64,000 bases of DNA from Bigelowiella natans CCMP2755. Lineage: Eukaryota > Protista > Cercozoa. A program made the position numbers and the translations under genes. Of this stretch, positions 60,281-64,000 are shown piece by piece; the first letter of the stretch is position 1, and every line of letters begins with the position of its first letter. The stretch spans positions 51,961 through 115,960 of the forward strand of contig ADNK01000532.1 of NCBI GenBank assembly GCA_000320545.1, read 5' to 3'. The notes under the pieces were generated by a model. The model did no database searches. It worked only from the letters and a program-made list of their open reading frames with translations, and was not told the origin of the DNA.

Positions 60281-63200
60281 CTGCTGCTTCTTGGTATTGA
60301 TATTCTCTGTTTCTACTCGCAACATACCCCAATCACTTAGATTTAACTTGGTGGATGACGATGACGACGACGACGTAATCCTCGTCATGCTTGCCGTTCT
60401 CCTCATCGTCTCCTTCTTCTCCCTCTTCTTCTTCTTCTTCTTCGCATCGTCGTCTTGCTGCATTGATGATGATGTCGACAAGGCGGTAGGAGGGGTAGTG
60501 GGTGTTGTTGTTGTTGTTGCTGCTGCTGCACCTAATCCTTTTGGGTTACGAAGCATGCGCTGAGATACTGGCTTGACGACAATTATCTGAAGATGGAAAG
60601 GGGCTAAGATGAGGAATAATGCATAGTTCTACAACAAGTTGTGGGGTTGGGGGGGGGGTTACATCTGTTGCATAAGCTGCAAGCAGCAGCGGCCAGGATT
60701 CGCTCCACATACGCACCGCATCGTGCACAAATAATGGTAATCGTCATGATGCGGAAGATAACAGAAATGTCCTGCTGCTTCAGCAGGATGTACACAGGCC
60801 ATGACATCAATGCCAATTCCAAAATCAAAAAACTAGGGTTCTGCTTCTTCTTCCTCTTCTTCTTCTTCCTCCTCTATCCATTTGCCTCTGCTCGTCACTA
60901 CTCACCAGCGTCGTCACTTCGGTTGTGAATGCCGGCAGCGCTAGCACCCCAGGGAATACCCGCTTGTAAACCACGCCTAACTTCTTGTGTCCGCTACACA
61001 CGCCATCAAAGAGAGCGCACAGGAGGCGGGGAGTGGTGGGAGGCGGAGGGGGGGGGGGAGGGGAGAGAGATCAGCCGTTACCACACCATAGCAGATAGTG
61101 TTATCTTTTATAAAGAAATGCACAGATGTGAGTCGGAAGTGTGTGTAGGGGGGGGGGGGGGGGGTGCAGTCATTTATCGGATATTGTGCTGCATACATAC
61201 AATTTTTGGTCTGGGACGGTCGGCGCTAGCGTAGTGTCCCCGCGTTTCCACCCCGTTTGCCTTTCCCTGCCGACAAATAATATACCCACGGCAGTCGCAA
61301 GAATGGTCAGTCGGAGGCACACGGTAGGTAGATGCTTTTCGAGGAGCGAGGCCATCTGTCACTTGGCTCAACAATGGCGGCTTAGAGACAGGACGATGCT
61401 ACTAGTGCTATCGCAAACGCTCTACTACTACGACTACTACGACTACTACTACTACTACTACTACTACAACTACTGCTTCGCTACTCACAGAAGGCGCTTG
61501 GGCACATCGCCGTGGTCCTCCTCAGGGGCGCATCTAAGGGCGTCAAGATTGGGTGGGGGGATCATATCAGGGATGAGGAGAATAACTCCTTCGAGAGCCG
61601 TGAATACTGTAATGTGCAGAGACTTGCTGAGGGGCAGTCGTACTGATCTGCTACGCTAGGATTTTCCGTCTAGCCCCCCCCTCCCCCCTCTTCCTCATGA
61701 ATGTTGTCGTCCTTCTTACTTGAAGAAGATAGCTGCGGTCGCAGGAACAGGCAGCACCAACGTGATTGCCGAGCCACTTTTCATCTTGGAAGTGGATGTG
61801 GCAACGGTTAATCAACAACAACAATAATGACGACAACGATGACGACCACGACTACTAATACTACTACTACAACTACTGCTACTACTACCACACAACGATG
61901 AGCACCTTATGCGGCGTTTGAATCACAGTAGCGTCTTTCCATTCAGCCGGCACATCGCGCACAGTATAATCCCGATCGGACTGGCAGGAAGAGAGAGGGG
62001 GAGAGAGAGAATCAGCCAGCAGCACGATGGTCATTGTCACCAACTTACAAAATCGAGCCCACGCGGCCGCCGCTACCGTCGCCGAATGACGACAGCACAA
62101 GCGCGACGGCGTAGAAAAGAGAGAAAGAGAGAGGATGAGAAAGAGGAAAGCTTACCCATGGTTTTGCCCCTGCAGCAAATAGTTTCCTTGCAGCAGTGTA
62201 GTAGGTCTCTCTTGGAGCTCCGGGGTTACTTCTCGCATCAGAGTAGTTGACGGTCACGGGCACTAATGCTACAGAACCTGATCGCATAGGAGGGATGATA
62301 ATGAAGACGACGGTGATGCCGATGGGGGGGGTGGCAGCACTATCATCAACCCTTGGTAGTAGAGAGCTGGTAACGAGGACACATCACCGTCTACAAGCGA
62401 GTGAGGGATGTCCTGCAGCCCGCACCCGTTCTTCTACATTCGCTCTCAAAGATGATGCGTTTGTATGCCCCCTCTCCGGACCCTTGTGTTTCTTCTCTTC
62501 GTTTCACTGCTTACCGTTACGCTGGCACTTGCGCAGCCATAGTCGCTGTCGAACCCAGCTCGTGGCCCCTGAAACAGTAGTAGTGCAGTAGTAGTAGTAG
62601 TAGTAGTAGTAGTAGTTGTTGTGGTAGTAGTGTTAGTAGTATTCGTTGTCATTCAGTGCACATGAGGAGGGGGAAGGGGGAAGAGGAGAAGGCAGAGAGA
62701 TGGAGAGAGAGGGAGAGAGGGAGAGGAGAGAGGGAGAAAACGCATATATCGACGCACAAGTGGTCCTCCCCTGCTGCTGCTAGAAATAACCGACCTGGAG
62801 TTGGCGTGTATGGCCCACGGAAGCTAAAAGCGTACCTCCATCCCTACAAACAGGTCGCTGTCACGATGAGGCGATACATGCGAGACTACTGGGTATCAGT
62901 GCAAACTGCACTTACTTCGTCGTCAGTTAAATCCGAGACGGGGAACATCCAGGGCGTGCTCCAAGTCCATTCCCTCCCAGGCACCTTTACATTGCTGCAG
63001 GAAGAAGAAACGCGGCTTTAGCAGGCCGGTTACGACGTTGTGTCAAACATACACAAAATAGTTATGATTACGTAAGGTCGATCGGTGTGATAGAGTCGGG
63101 GAGCGTCCAAGCTGGATATATATGAAACGGAGATCAACCCGCAGAAACAACCACAACGATAAGGAAGGACAGCGACGACGACGGCATAAGGGGTGAGACA

Positions 63201-64000
63201 AAGGAGGAAGGCAGAAAGCCACACAGTCAGATGAGAGAAATATTCTTGCTCTATGCAGATAGATGAGACGGGGAAGTGGTAGAGGAAGGAGATGACGGGT
63301 GGGAGAGGAAGGGGGGGGGGGGGGGGGGCAGAGATAGTACGGGGCACATCAGTCGGGAGCATCTGCGAAGACCAGCCTTTGTTCCATAAACCCGGATAAT
63401 ATCTACGCAGCGAAAAATTCATTATGATCAATCCTCTCTGTCCCCCCCTGCCCCCTCCCCCCCTCTCTGTACCCCCTTCCCCCCCCTTACGTGAATGTTT
63501 TTCTGTCAACTGCTACCTCTGGTTCTCCATGACGCGCACCACTTGCACATGCGGCAGCGGCTGTGGGAGGACGGAGGTGGAAGAGGAGGATACTGAAGTG
63601 CCGTTTCCAGCAGACCCTTTGCCTTTACTGCTGCTGCTGCTGCTACTGTACGTATCGATTTCAGAGGCAGCATCATTGCTCCCTCTTCCTACCTTGGGCT
63701 GCTGCTGCTGCTGCTGCTGTCGCTTGTTCTTCTTCTTCATATTCCAAGATTTCTCCTCTGAGCTGGGCGTGGCACACGATGTAGTGTCAGCATCCCCGCT
63801 CGATCCGTTGCTAGCCCCTCCTCCTCCTCCTCCTCCTCCTCCTCCTCCTCCCCCCTGTGTCCAGTCCACCACCAGCCATCCCTCGCCGTCTGTATCACAA
63901 AAAGGTTTTGTATTATCTCGCGCCACCGTGCGGGGCTGGAGGGCCTGACACAGCACGCCCATAAGCGGAAGCACGGACGAGCATCACCTTTGCCATTGCT
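57050..64000 (-). CDS. Large multi-exon protein (5' end outside window): DysF/Pex24p domain, putative lectin-like beta domains, C3HC4 RING
   Basis: DysF: VMENQR|YYPGLWNKGWSSQMLPTD..WTWSTPW..TDDE|GWRYAFSF..|WVRQRLWLR. RING: FQCPCCLHE|AGRLHGLRLRCGHALCIDCL..|GCGVLL. Introns are microsatellite-filled. The 3' end is uncertain. Confidence 0.65.

Overview
This is eukaryotic, gene-dense, intron-rich nuclear DNA with short GT-AG introns and many microsatellites. It looks like a protist; a chlorarachniophyte-like host is only my guess. I reconstructed about 16 spliced genes by hand: an IQ-motif protein, a sulfotransferase-like protein, a twin-CX9C (CHCH) protein, a 2-TM ENaC/DEG-like membrane protein, U2AF35, a TPR-SET methyltransferase, a myristoylated EF-hand protein, RAD51C, a giant triple-PZP/PHD chromatin reader, a hypothetical ORF, a TEY MAP kinase, a MAPEG-family gene, a UXT/URGT-like nucleotide-sugar transporter, a PPIE-like RRM protein, Rab7 and a partial DysF/RING multidomain gene. 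The most striking signal is non-genic: nine tracts downstream of gene 3' ends where TpA is depleted and CTAG, CATG and TGCA dominate, while CpG is retained. In the two strongest tracts TpA is almost erased except inside CTAG. Paired repeat copies, transposon target-site duplications and a Tyr-less gene tail all point to a directional, context-specific TA->TG/CA (A:T->G:C) hypermutation process, the opposite polarity to fungal RIP. Head-to-head promoter intervals are spared. Counts and splice models are by eye and need computational confirmation.
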